A DNA stretch of 64,000 nucleotides from Trichoplax adhaerens (Eukaryota; Animalia; Placozoa): contig NW_002060947.1 of NCBI RefSeq assembly GCF_000150275.1, positions 6,649,648-6,713,647 on the forward strand, read 5' to 3'. The notes under the pieces were generated by a model. It was not told where the DNA came from. It did not search any database and saw only the letters and a program-made list of their open reading frames with translations. Shown here in pieces: positions 12,578 through 24,957 of the stretch. Position 1 is the first letter of the stretch, and every line of letters starts with the position of its first letter. The translations under genes were made by a program, and so were the position numbers.

Positions 12578-13745
12578 TTGTACAGTACAGTATGTAGTCG
12601 AGGGCTGTAAAGTGAACACAGGACTGATTATATTTATTTTTTTTTCCATGGACAGACTGACAGAATATTGGACTATCTCTATGTAGTCGAGGGCTGTAAA
12701 GTGAACACAGGACTGATCATAATAATTATTTTTTCCATCGACAGACTGACAGAACATTGGACTATCCCACCGTCTCTTTGTAGTCGTTTAATTACAGTAC
12801 AGTACAGTACAGTACAGTATACTGTTTTAATGAACCATGCAGCATTTCAGTACACAGTACTGTACAGTACAGTACAGTGGAGTAGTCGAGAGCTGTACTG
12901 TACTGTACTGTACAGTACTGAACATAGGACTACAGTAATAATTCATTATTTTTTCATCGACGGACTGACAGAATATTGGACTATCGCACAGCTGTGTGTT
13001 GTGTGTAATACATGAACACGTTGAAGAGTCTCTTCGCAGTCGATTAAAGTGAACACAGGACTCATAATAATTAATTACTATTTTTTCATCGATAGAGTAA
13101 TAGAATATTGGACTATCCCACAACAGTGTTTTGCATGAACATTGAACTGTCGATTAAATGAATGATACCGTTTTAATGGACCATGCAGTATTTCAGTACT
13201 GTACTCTGCCCTACTGTAGGTAGTCGAGGGCTGCATTAGGTGAACACAGGACTAATTATATTATTTATTTTTTTTTCTTTTCATCGACAGACTGACAGAA
13301 CATTGGACTGTCCCACAGTCTCCTTGCAGTCGATTAATTACAGTACACTGATTTCAGTACTGTAATCGAGGGCTGTAAAGTCAACACAGGACTCATAATG
13401 ATCAATCAACAGATTGATAGAATATTGGACTATCCCAGTGTTTAACATGAACAGTCTCTTTGAAGTTGATTAATGATTTATACCGTTTTAATTAATGGAC
13501 TATGCAGCATTTCAGTACTATACTGTGCACTGAACTTTGCACTGAACGTACAGTACAGTATAGTGTACTGTACTGTATTGTCAAGGGATGGAAACACAGG
13601 ACTAAGAATTACAGTACTGTAATTAATGCATTGTTTTTTCATCGACAGACTGACAGAATATTAGACTATCCTCCAGTCTCTTTGCAGTCGATTGATGAAT
13701 TGATTAATTATGCCGTTTTGATGGACCCATGCAGCATTTCGGCAT
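12578..13745. repeat. Composite minisatellite: ~7 copies of block A and block B interleaved with CAGTA/TACTG runs
   Basis: Block A gtcgagggctgtaaagtgaacacaggact. After a variable AT/T-rich linker, block B catcgacagactgacagaatattggactatc. Additional blocks gtctctttgcagtcgattaa and ttttaatggaccatgcagcatttcagtac. A solo block B lies at ~12211. Confidence 0.9.
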
Positions 13746-14295
13746 GGGTCCATTTCCCTTCACTACTTCAGTATGCATGAAGAAAAGGAAGAGAATCCAT
13801 TGACATGACATTCATTGTAGTATATACCCTAGTTATGGCATGTCCATGCTTCAACGTAATGGGCGCTTTGCATGGAATAAACAGTGGATTGGAGGCTTGT
13901 ATCAATGGATGACTTTATTTGCAGGTCGTAGACCAGCAAGGACTTGACATGTAGTCATCGGTGGATGATGACCATGTCAAGTGTCCAGTTGTCGAATTTG
14001 AAGGGTCTCTACTGTACAGTATTGTAGATAAAAATGGCCCATTTTCTATCCTATACCGTACTGTCGATGGCAACTGATTGTATGCCAATGATGGCATGGA
14101 AAGCAAAGGGTTAGCCAGCAACCATTGCTTTCTAACCGGCATAAGCGATGATCCATGATAGCATGTAGTGTACGCCCGTCGATTGCTGTACTAAAGAGTC
14201 TTTTCCACACGACTACCTCATACCCTACTCTCTCCTCTATTGTCCAATCGCTCTCTACAGTCCTATACTACCACGCATACAGTACTAAGATCCAG

Positions 14296-14331
14296 GCATG
14301 CGCACTGTATCCTATTGTGGCCGCCATTTTG
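14296..14331 (+). promoter_or_regulatory. Likely RBM15 core promoter: NRF1-like GCATGCGCA and YY1 GCCGCCATTTTG
   Basis: GCATGCGCA at 14296-14304 and GCCGCCATTTTG at 14320-14331, ~380 bp upstream of the ATG, in locally GC-richer DNA. Confidence 0.5.
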
Positions 14332-14704
14332 ATTGAGGGCCCAGGTGAAGAATAGAGGTCATCGCCTTGCCCTTTTTCCCAGTCTAGTATGGCCTAGTGT
14401 CAAGAGTATTGTAACCCAAACCGATGCTTTCCTATTAGAGAAATGTATGGGCTAAGTGGAGGACAAGGGCAGACTGTATTGGCACATCGACACTCATTAT
14501 TCCAGTGGAATTGACTGAAGAAGCAGCAGCGTGGCTGGATCTCTTTTCGACTCTTTTTTTGGATTGCATTTCGCCGCTATTTGTGTAATAGAGGTGGAGA
14601 AAAAAAGGAAAAGAAACGTAGCACTTTGAAAGCTTCTTGTCCCATCATCGATCGTAGTAGGTTTGAAGGCAATTGATCGTTGTTTGTATCGTAAGGAATT
14701 CAGC

Positions 14705-16282
14705 ATGAAACGTAAGGTAGGAAGAGATTTCTCCGGTGATCTTCGTCACGATCTTAGGCATGATCGTCAATCAGCAATGTATGGCAAACGTGAACGAATG
14801 GCTTCTCCTGGCCGACCATCTCAACCACAATCGTCAAGATCGCCTAATTATCATCATTCTCAACATAGCAGTGGCTACCATAATATGGATGATCGTATCA
14901 AGCGTAAAGTAGTAGAAGTTCCATCGCATCGAAGTTATCCCGATCGCCATCGACGTGATACCGATACAAGTGCACGATTAAAATTGAAAATTACCAATTT
15001 ACCTCGAGATCGTAGCGATGAAGATATTGAAAATAAATTGTATTATCAATTTAAAAAATTTGGCCAACCATCCATTCATGTCCAGGGTTTTGGTAAAAGT
15101 CGATATGGTGTAATCAATTTCAAGCATAATACACAATGTCGTGAAGCCAAAAGTTTTTGCGAACAAAATTCAATCTATGTCTTTGATCGCCCTGTCAATG
15201 TTGAATATTACCAAGGTAATCCTCAAGATGACATGGACGATATTCGAAGCGATGATTCCAGCGAATTCTATAGCAATCGGGGTCGTGATAATCGAAGGCA
15301 ATATCCAAGTCGTATCGATGTAGAAGACGATTACTCACAATCCAGTAATACACACCGACGCCAAGATTGGAAACAAGGTGGCCGCAGAAATACCCCTATC
15401 ACTTCCAATCGTTCTGGTAGCGGTTACTATAACAATCAACAACAGCAAATGGAATTCTTGGAAGATATCCCCAATCGAACTTTATTTATCGGCAACTTAG
15501 ATACATCCATTAGCAATTACGAATTACGCCGTATTTTTGGCCGTTATACTATCATCGATATGGATGTCAAGCGACATCGTGGCCAATTTGTAGGTTATGC
15601 TTTTATCAAGTTAGCCACAATTCGTGAAGCCGATAAAGCCAAGAGTGAAATGGATGGCAATGTCTTGGGTAGAAATCGTATTAAAATTGGCTACGGTAAA
15701 GTTTATCCAAGTAAGCGATTATGGCTTGGCGGTTTAGGAACATGGATCAATCGAAATAGCATTGAGCAAGAATGCGATCGTTTTGGAGCGCTACGTGAAG
15801 TCGATTATGATTACAAGAATAATAAATATGCTGAAGTGGAATTTGCTACCGTAGATGCTTCCAAAGCTGCATTTGAAGAATTAACTCATAATACTTTCGG
15901 CCGTACTGGACGCCATGTCGAAGTCGAATATGTGGATACACAACATCAATATTTTACTGCTACATCATTTCGTGATCGTCAGCAACGCCATGATGACGAT
16001 GATGGTAATGATTCCCATCATGATATCGTCGAGTCGCGTAGTAGTCGAAGAGAAGAAGGCGACTATTACAACCAACGATCGTATACCGATCGCAGTAGTA
16101 GTAGCCATCGTGATGACTACTATCAACGAGATAATGTAAGCTAAACAATAACACCATTAATGGTCATGGCTTCTTTTTTTTTTCTGCCCTGATCAATACT
16201 AATTAAGATGTAAAATAGATCTTTCCATTGGTAATGATCGTAATGATGACATAGCATTGCGTTGTACTGTATTTTTATTTTT

Positions 16283-16313
<31 letters not shown>

Positions 16314-17408
16314 TATTATACCACTGTCGTCTATAGCTTCTTGTCGTACACTACAATTTATTGCAGTAAATGAATAATGGATGACATAAATGAAAACATC
16401 AAATAGAATTGGGACATACCAATTGACTATTTTTGGATTTGATAGATATTTTTTTTTGTTTTATTGTTATCCACTTTGTAGCCCCCTGTGCCTCGTCGTC
16501 GAAGTGAAGAAAGGCGCCAAGATTATGCTGGTAGAAGAAGTAATAGGAAACCCTATTCACCTCATTCTGGCCATGATCGTAGACCTGGTAGCGCTGGAGG
16601 TAAAAGCACAGAATGGGTTTCTTCTCCTAGGCCTTCATCATCGTCTTACAGTAATTACGATGAACCACATCGACATCGTGAAAGAAGAGAATATACACCA
16701 GAAGGATCAATTCACGCCGATGATGAAACAAGGGATAACCGAGAAGAGAGAGATTGGATCCATGAACCGCGCTCACCTTCCAATGATAAGAATAACGCCT
16801 TAATGCGTGCATCATCAGCCGATAAAGAATCACCGATTGAATATGAAGGAAATACTGCACCCGATGGATTAACATCTTTCATTATACAAGAGAAATTTAA
16901 ACATTGGGATACTTCATTTTTACTTAAAAGTAGTAAATTTATGACTAGATTGTTTTTTGTATCAGGAAGTATGGACTTTGCTGATTCAATTATGGATAAC
17001 ATCGATTGGTCAAGTCCTCAAAGTCCATTTCGAATTACACAACGTTTACGTCTTGATAATGAAAAATTAGGTGAGGTGAATAAAAGAATTGAAAATGCTG
17101 GACCTTCCAACTTTTGTTACGTTCTAGCCATGGATCGAAATGAATTTACTAAAGATGAGATATCGCCTGAAGACGATGCCAATCTAACTGGTCGTGAATT
17201 TCGCAATTTGGTAATGTATTTGCGACAAAAGGATGCTGCCGGTGTTGTTATGTTGGAAATGGCTGATAATGTAGAGTGTATTGTTCATGTCTTTCCACCA
17301 TGCCAGTTTTCCAATAATCACTTGATGGAAGCATATCCGCGTATAAATCAAGGATATTTATCGCAAGATCATTTACTATTGATCATGGTTAAAGTATTGA
17401 TAGCTTAG
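14705..17408 (+). CDS. RBM15: RNA-binding protein 15 / Spenito (SPEN family: 3 RRM + C-terminal SPOC)
   Basis: Exons 14705-16135 and 16482-17408 (phase-0 GT-AG intron). RRMs LKITNLP, RTLFIGNLD..YAFIK..IKIGYGK and RLWLGGLG. SPOC motifs LLKSSKF, RITQRLRLD..KL.EV, RNLVMYLRQKDAAGVV, HVFPPC. Confidence 0.95.
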
Positions 17409-18404
17409 GCCTGTTATTACTACTATCATTATGAATAAATTGACGTATTAATGATCAATATTCGTGGTTATGGCATCCCCCCGAAAAAAATCAAGTTTTT
17501 CATTTCACTGGAATAATCAGTAAAGGAGTCATTTTTTTTTTAAAATCACCATTATTGTATCAATAATTTTATGACTTTCTTTTTTTCTCTCTCGCTATGA
17601 CGTTTAGATTTCTTCACCTTATAATTTGGATTCAGCGTTTAAAAGTAGACATGTAATTTAATGTTTTAATTGAGATACCTATTTGCTATAGTTTATTTCC
17701 GCCCTTATTGACTTGACTAAAGATGTGGAATACAACAATTTATCTACTAATACTTGCTGTGCATATCAACAGTACGTAGATGTACCTAACTTGGTTTTCA
17801 CATCGTTGTGGAAGGCTTCATTCCGATTGGAGACTGTTATCGTGATTGAAGAAGTTAATCACCAGTAAATGGCCTTATTGATTATTATTACTCAAATGTA
17901 TAACTAATCAACTTCGAGAATGACCAGGCAATCTTATTCACCATATGTCATGTTATCATCTCGATTGCTTTATCAGTCTAGACGTAACAATGATGAGCGA
18001 TCATAGTCGCCTTATTAATATTATCATTATTATTATTATCATGTTACCCTTTACAGTTTATGTGTCAATCATACCCAAAAAAGTAACTAATTAACAAGTT
18101 CAATAGTTTTTCCAACTTTATAACAGTTTGGAGTCATGGGTTGTTTTACAAAATTGTCCTGGCATATTATGCTGATAACGGCAATTATTTACGGATACCT
18201 TTCACTTTAAATGCATTAACCTGCGAAATCTCTAAACTTATATTAAAAACGTAAAAGGACTTCTTAATGCTATACCTGGAATAAATCTGTTCATTTTAAC
18301 TGAATAGATATCAATATGGAGCAAGAATTTCAGATTCACAATTAATTTTAACTCTGATAAAATTGTCATTCATTTTTATTCTATTCCAAATAATACATCG
18401 TTGA

Positions 18405-21400
18405 TCAAGCATTTCGCAAATCGATAATGCATACGCAATTCTTGACATGCTGTAAATGCCACCATCTTCCTAATTTGTGCTCTTGACCAATAGCGCATGC
18501 TATAAATTGGCCATTATGACTTAGAGCTAGTCCATTGATGAAACCTGGCTGTGTTGTCGAAATTATACAATTATTAATCAATTATAGTAACTGAATGTAT
18601 GATATATTAGTAGAAACAAGTAATTTATATATCATTGTATTTTACTGTACTATCCTACCACCTTTAGTGTTATTGAAAAAAAAACATCAACGAATTGAAA
18701 CTGATTGTATATGCAGTGAGAAACGAGATTTCTGCATGAAGCTTTAGGATAAGCATCACTGAACAGTTTATACATTTACAACAGTATGAGCCGAGTCAGT
18801 TGCGAGGCATAGATAGTTAACTTACCACATCGACAGAAAAAAGTGGACTTAATGTTGTATAGTCACGGCTGCTTCGCCATAATCGTAATTGATTATCGTT
18901 TGAACCTGCATACGTTCATGATCAAAACAGTGATGAACGATAAAGCAAAATTGGACGTTAAGATAATGTTGAAAGTTGAAAAGATTATATCAAGTTTAGA
19001 TGTACCACTTATAGCTAGATCACTATAAGGAACCGACGCTACAGAGATGATCCAAGAATCATCTGTTGGAAGGTTTCTTTGCGGATTTGATCCGTGAGCG
19101 TTATCTCTGGTAAAAGTTGGCCTCTTTTTGTGAATATTCCATGTTATCAGCGATCTTACAATGCACGTTTTACAAAGTTATATCCAATTAATATCAATTT
19201 TACTATATTTCAACGTAAAATTTAGCAGCTATTTTATCACTAGAAACATAATACTTCAATTGCATCATTACCCGTCATCAGTGCCAGAAAGATAGTTATC
19301 TTCATTAAGCATGCAGAGGCATTCCATGGATCCTCTAAATGTTTATGTATCATATTCATGTATTATAAGTGTTCAATAAATATTGAATTTAACCAATTAT
19401 CGTCAGTAGTTGTCCAACAAGAGTTACACCTGTCACTGAATACTGAGAATGGAACTATTTGCAACGTGTACCTTTATATTTTCACGCATAGAGTAAGACG
19501 TACCCTTTACGATAGATTGATTGTCAAACATTGATTTAAATCACATTTTATTTTGAAAAGTTAACCTTTTGTTGGTTTCGAATTTCAAATAGCTCTCGTC
19601 AATAATTTTCCAGACATGAATACTACAATCACGACCACCAGCAGTAACAGGTCGCTGCCGCCTGAGACAATCGATACCTAAAACTGCGTCTTGATGACCA
19701 AATCTATGAAAAAAAAAATGAAGTTGCATTTTACTGTCAATCCACGGTTAAATATAGTCATCCAAGCGTTTAATACTACATATACAGTATTGCAACATAC
19801 AATGTTTCAACGTATGCCCTTTCATCCACGCTCCATACTTTCACTGATCTATCTTTGGAAGTGCTATACAATTCGTGAGAATTATGGCGAAATCGCAAGC
19901 CCTTGACATCATGTATAAAATCCAACTTAGCGTTAGTGAATAATAGCGCGTGCATATATTCTCGTACACAAATATAATAAAGGAAGAGTTTAAGGGATAA
20001 CGTAGTAAGCAGTTGTATTGACATATTCTGTAAAGATGTATTAAAACCAATGTACACCACGGTTACAAAATAGCGACATTACTAGCAGAAAATACTAAGA
20101 TTTTCTCACTTATTCAATCTTATTAATCGGTATTACTTTTGTAAGCAATGAAATATCAATCTTACACTAGTTATGAGTTTTTATAGTGGCATTAAAGCCA
20201 GCGCAGGAATGTTAAATGACAATGAGTAAGCAATATAGTAAGGAGTTCAATACGTTAATATAATTTACAAAGTGAGTCACACGAAACTAACCGTAATTAT
20301 ATCTTTATGTCCTTTAAATATATAACAAACTTCTTCCTTCTCTAAATCCCATAAGTATACAAGTTTATCCTGCCCACCACTCGCCTGTTTTATTTGTAAT
20401 TAACAAATTTTCGATTACAATATACTGTTGTAGAATAAGCCTACCTAACGTTACTTGACAATGGTGATGTATAAGCTCTTAGGCTATTACTTACCATGTA
20501 TTTACAATCCAAGCTGACATCTAAACATAGGATGTGTCCTTTATGTCCTTTCCCTTCGCCAGCTTTATGGAAGCCATGAAATACTTTCACTTTCTTAAAA
20601 GTTTCTAAATCCCCTATAAAATGAAAGATTAGCATAACTAACAGTAATTATAAAACACTAAAGGTTCTTATCCAATCCAATCCAATCATGTGCATAGAAA
20701 TAGTATATTACTTCCATTCTTTTGGTATCAATTCATGCGTGAGGACTTACACTTGATTATAGAACTATCCTTTGAACCACTATAGACAAATTTACCATCA
20801 TGAGAGAATGCTACACAAGTGACACTGAGTTTGTGTCCCTGTAACTTGATGATTTTATCAGGATCTGGTTCAATACACTGTGAAATAAATGGATCCAATT
20901 ATGCCGCTATTAGAATAGCTGATGAACAGTAATTTTACAATCAACAACTAGATATCGATATTTAACCGTAAAGGATATTTTATCTCGTCACAAGTAAGAA
21001 ACAGAATTTACATAAGAAGCCGATTAATTATTTCCTGTTCTTATTTTATGAATCAGTCATCGTAAAAGTATATTTTACCACATCATAAGTAACATAAAGA
21101 ATCTACATAAGAAGCCGATTATCTTTTTGTTGTTATTTTATGAATAGTAGTCATTATCCAGTCAATTTATAAGTAAAAATTAAATCGAAGTTGCACTTAC
21201 TTCATCGCATAATAATTTTTGTTGCTTTCCACTGTGGTCTAACTATATCATTGAAATGCGATAATGAAGCGCTATTATAATCAATGATATTTAGAATCAA
21301 AATCTTAGCTAATGTAATCCTTACAAATTCTTCTTTTAAACGGTGTGCAATTGCATCATGTGCAGTGTCTTTTGATTGCTGATCTTGCAATTCTAAGCAA

Positions 21401-21997
21401 ACAGAAGAGGGCCGATTCATTAATGAAGAATTCAATTGTGCACAATAGTAAACTAGTGCTTCCTGTTGAGCTGTGTACAGCACATTGACGAAACATGGCC
21501 TATTGGCAAGATTGTACGCATCATTGTCTGACTAGTGAGTTTCGCTACCTTCTTGCTCTAAATGTCTAAGATATTCTTTGGCAAGTCTTAAGCGCTTATC
21601 CTCTGCAGTTTCACTATCATATTCATCCTCTGAATGTTCATCGCTCCTATGAGTGGAAGCTTGTATTTCTTCATCATCACTTGGAATTTCTTCATCTACG
21701 ATAGCATTTCTCTTACTTCCTTTCATCTAATATTAACAATATCAACCATGTCATAGCACAATATAATTTCAATATTACTTTATATCAAGCATCGCTCTAC
21801 ATCTACTACATTGCATCTGTAACTACCACCCATTAATAATCTTTCATTCCATCATCAGGAATGAAAGAATGCATGCAGCCATTTTCATGACTATCAGTCC
21901 AGCTAAACTACCTATTCTACAACTTATTCACCTTTTTGGCCGGTCGACCGGCACCTTTTCGCCGTTTTTCGTTGGTAATAAAAAAATTGGAAGACAT
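18405..21997 (-). CDS. RRP9: U3 snoRNP-associated WD40 protein RRP9 / U3-55K, multi-exon
   Basis: Start MSSNFFITNEKRRKG (ATG 21997-21995). Acidic ETAEDKRLRLAKEYL; WD repeats GHKLSVTCVAFS, ASGGQDKLVYLWD, STSKDRSVKVWSVDERAYVETLFGHQDAV, VTAGGRD..HVWKI; C-terminal GFINGL..AIGQEHKLGRWW; stop TGA at 18407-18405. Confidence 0.95.
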
Positions 21998-22168
21998 TTT
22001 CCTACTCCATCGATCGATAATCAGGACTTAAAGCGATGATATTTAGCACCAAATTAGAAATTTCCACTTCCAGGTATCAAAAGCGGATAGATGGCAGTTG
22101 TGGTTTTGGTCATGGATCTCATGCTTCGAGTGATTCCGCTCGTCTAGATGTCCGTTACCAATGTTAGT

Positions 22169-22174
22169 CACGTG
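22169..22174. promoter_or_regulatory. E-box CACGTG upstream of RRP9
   Basis: Lies 172 bp upstream of the RRP9 ATG. Myc-type E-boxes are typical of ribosome biogenesis gene promoters. Confidence 0.4.
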
Positions 22175-23275
22175 TTGTCGATGAGCTAGCCTTTCAAAGA
22201 TGTCGGATAGCTAAATCCAGCTAACCTTAAGCATCTAATTCGAGGCGAAAAGAGTGAATAATTATCGTCCATAGAGGATCATAAGCAATCGAATTCAATA
22301 GGTAGAAGTGTGTATTAACTTGGTGGAAGAAAGTGTGTGATCTAGATGATGGAATGCAGTACTGTTGGTCCATTGATGCCAGTATACTTTACAGAGTCAA
22401 GCCATGAAAATTCAATTCTCCACAGTATCATGTGCTTTACCACGGTTCCACTACTATACTACAGTATAGGATGTTGCCGCTAATGGAATTACAGTAGTAG
22501 CCATGGAGGTAAAACCTCGATGCTACCAGCAACGGCTAAACATTAAAACATGAAGAGGAAAGGCAGGAATTAGTAAAGACTTTTGATTGCCAACAACGAA
22601 CAAGCTGATATAAGGTGATATCGCTGATCATAAGAACTCTACTCTACGTCTGGAAGCGTACATTGTTGATAGATGCGTTCTCAAGCAGCTACTAGGCATT
22701 TTGTGCACAGTGCGACGTACGGTTCCAGTCTTGCGGTACAGTTAAAATGACTAGCAAAAGGGCCCCCGAGCAAATGGTTGGTAATGAATTTTCGTCGTCA
22801 GTCCTTCTTGCTCGATGAATTATAATCCCTGATAGGGCCTGTCGCGAAATTGAACTATCTTAAAGAACTGTTAGCATTAATATAGGAGATCCTATATTAG
22901 TAGAGATATCCTCTCGATCATGATGATTATAATGGTGTTGTCGACTAAAAGTAAATTAATACTATAATCGGTTGTTATCTACCCCGCATTTGGAAAGGTA
23001 GATGATCATATATGGCGCAATGGTGTTAGTAGAAGCTCTTACTGTATTAATTAGGAAACTATAGTAACTTGAAAGGTGGCAGATGATACTTTACCACTTG
23101 TATGTAAAGTCAAGTCTTTCTGCAATTCGTTAGTTCTCATCCTCAGCTGACATTAGCCTCCCAATAAATAAATAAATGAATTTATAATGAAAAGTGGTTA
23201 CCATCCGCTGATGTTTTCTTTGGATATGAATTTTATGACATGAACCATGGAGGTAATTTTCTTTTACTTCTGCAG

Positions 23276-23640
23276 AAAGGATTATACACCTTCTCTTCAT
23301 CTTTTAGAAGTCCCAATAGCGATGAGAGAAAGTGCTACAAGTTCCTGCAAAATCTTTCAAGGCACTATTCTTGCCTCACCACTTTATTAGTGTGTAGACT
23401 GGTCGACTTGGGCGACATTTTGCGCTACTTGTGTAGCCAATAACGTTATTAAAATCGATATATATGTAATTAATTAATATATAAGGTGTAGTCGTGGTAT
23501 AACTGATTGGATAGCTACCCATACTCACGCGTTTATTTGCAGTATGTAGAAATCATGAATAACGTAGAGCTACCGTCATAAGATGGCGCACCCTTGAAAA
23601 AATCCGTTTGGCAAGTACGTACAGACACCCATTGCGAGGT
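23276..23640 (+). pseudogene. Possible decayed WD40-repeat gene fragment
   Basis: Frame reads ..IFQGTILASPLY*CVDWSTWATFCATCVANNVIKID, and after a putative intron YVEIMNNVELPS*DGAP. WD-repeat-like wording with in-frame stops. Confidence 0.25.
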
Positions 23641-23691
23641 AGAAGTAGAACATCTGCGGCTTATTGGCAGTGTTTCTCAATACCAGTAGCT

Positions 23692-24225
23692 ATTCTATTT
23701 ACAAGCTCTGCTGAATGATCTGAAACGTTTTTGGATGGAGTGATTGTAAAATTTTCTATTCCATATTTGCAGCACAGCTTGTCTCAACGCTGCATCTTTA
23801 ACTTTGTACTGCTTGCAAGAGCAAGTTATCATATGCTTAGCATATTTAGATGATAATTTATAAATAGGAAACCTCAAAACTGAACACTACTGGATACACC
23901 CTAATACATCTAGTACTCCCTGGTATATCTAGCAATCCATAATGACTGATGGACTACTAGATGCGCTATGATATATCTAGTAATCCATGGTATACCAGTA
24001 TTTAGCAATCCATGGTGACTGATAGACTGCTAGATGCACTATGATATGTCTAGTTGTTTATGCTTCTACTGAAAGGCTTTTGAATGGAATGATTGTGAAA
24101 TTTTAAGTTCCATACTCATGACACAGAACGTCCAAAGGTGTATCATTAGCTTTATCAGCGTACAACAACAAATTATTTTTGTACTTGACATATTTAGACG
24201 ATGATAAATGGAAAACCTCATGACT
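23692..24225. repeat. Diverged local duplication enclosing a short tandem repeat
   Basis: ..tgattgtaaaatttt..ttccata..aaacctca (23700-23880) is echoed at 24065-24225. Between them lie ~2.5 copies of tagcaatccat..tgactgat.gact.ctagatgc.ctatgatat.tctagt. Confidence 0.6.
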
Positions 24226-24957
24226 GCTACTAAATTTTCAAGCACTACAAGCTTAGAATGCAATAAATTTTGATACAGAAATGGAATTATAATAGAGCCA
24301 CTTGAGCTATATTTCGCATCGAAACGTCCAAAAATATCGGATGTCACAATAATATCATCATTGGTGAAGCTAAAGCAAGCATGTTAAATTATCTCCATTT
24401 ATACTCCATTTGTAATCAATGCTACTAAATCACACATTCTAAACTTCGTTTATTCCAAATTATTGCACCTACAAAATATTTTTTATCGGTCTATCGATAA
24501 TTTATGGAATTCCATTTACAAATCGCAAGCTAAGCTGCTACTCGAACGTTTACGAGTACTATACGATATCAAAGGCTAATTGAGTATTACTCTATCTTAG
24601 ATGAACGCCTTATTTGCATAATGGCCTATCCCATTCTTCATGTATTTTAATTAATAGTGTTTTTCTCCCTTGACTGATTGTTTTACATGCTGTTATTGTG
24701 CCGACATCATTATTATAAATGCAAATTATATTACAACCGTAACTACTATATGTAAAGTCACGATGGCTATAGCAAACTTGAACGCCAATAACCACTCATA
24801 AGCAGCATGTAATAGACAATACAAGAACCTGGATAGGATCAGATATTATTTTAATGTACACGTAACAAATTGATTCGGAAGAGGTTCGAAAATTAGGGAT
24901 TCCATTTAGTCTCGGTTTACTTTCAGTCGAACTAGATGCCAATAAATAAAAATAATA

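Noticed and set aside
12651-12680. Hammerhead ribozyme core in block B (ctgacaga)
   Set aside because: Does not match CUGANGA, and no correctly placed GAAA or three-stem arrangement was found.
12578-13745. CRISPR-like repeat-spacer appearance
   Set aside because: Eukaryotic context, no cas genes, degenerate repeats, and 'spacers' that are homologous low-complexity linkers of irregular length.
18549-18825. Possible intronic snoRNA in RRP9 (short tgcag/ctgca stem followed by ACA on the minus strand)
   Set aside because: Hairpin too short for H/ACA and no convincing C/D box pair; would need an Infernal/snoscan run.
22550-22605. Resemblance to TRPA copy 3 exon 24 (gaggaaa..aagactttgattg..caacgaaca)
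   Set aside because: Needs a large gap and has no flanking similarity; probably coincidental.
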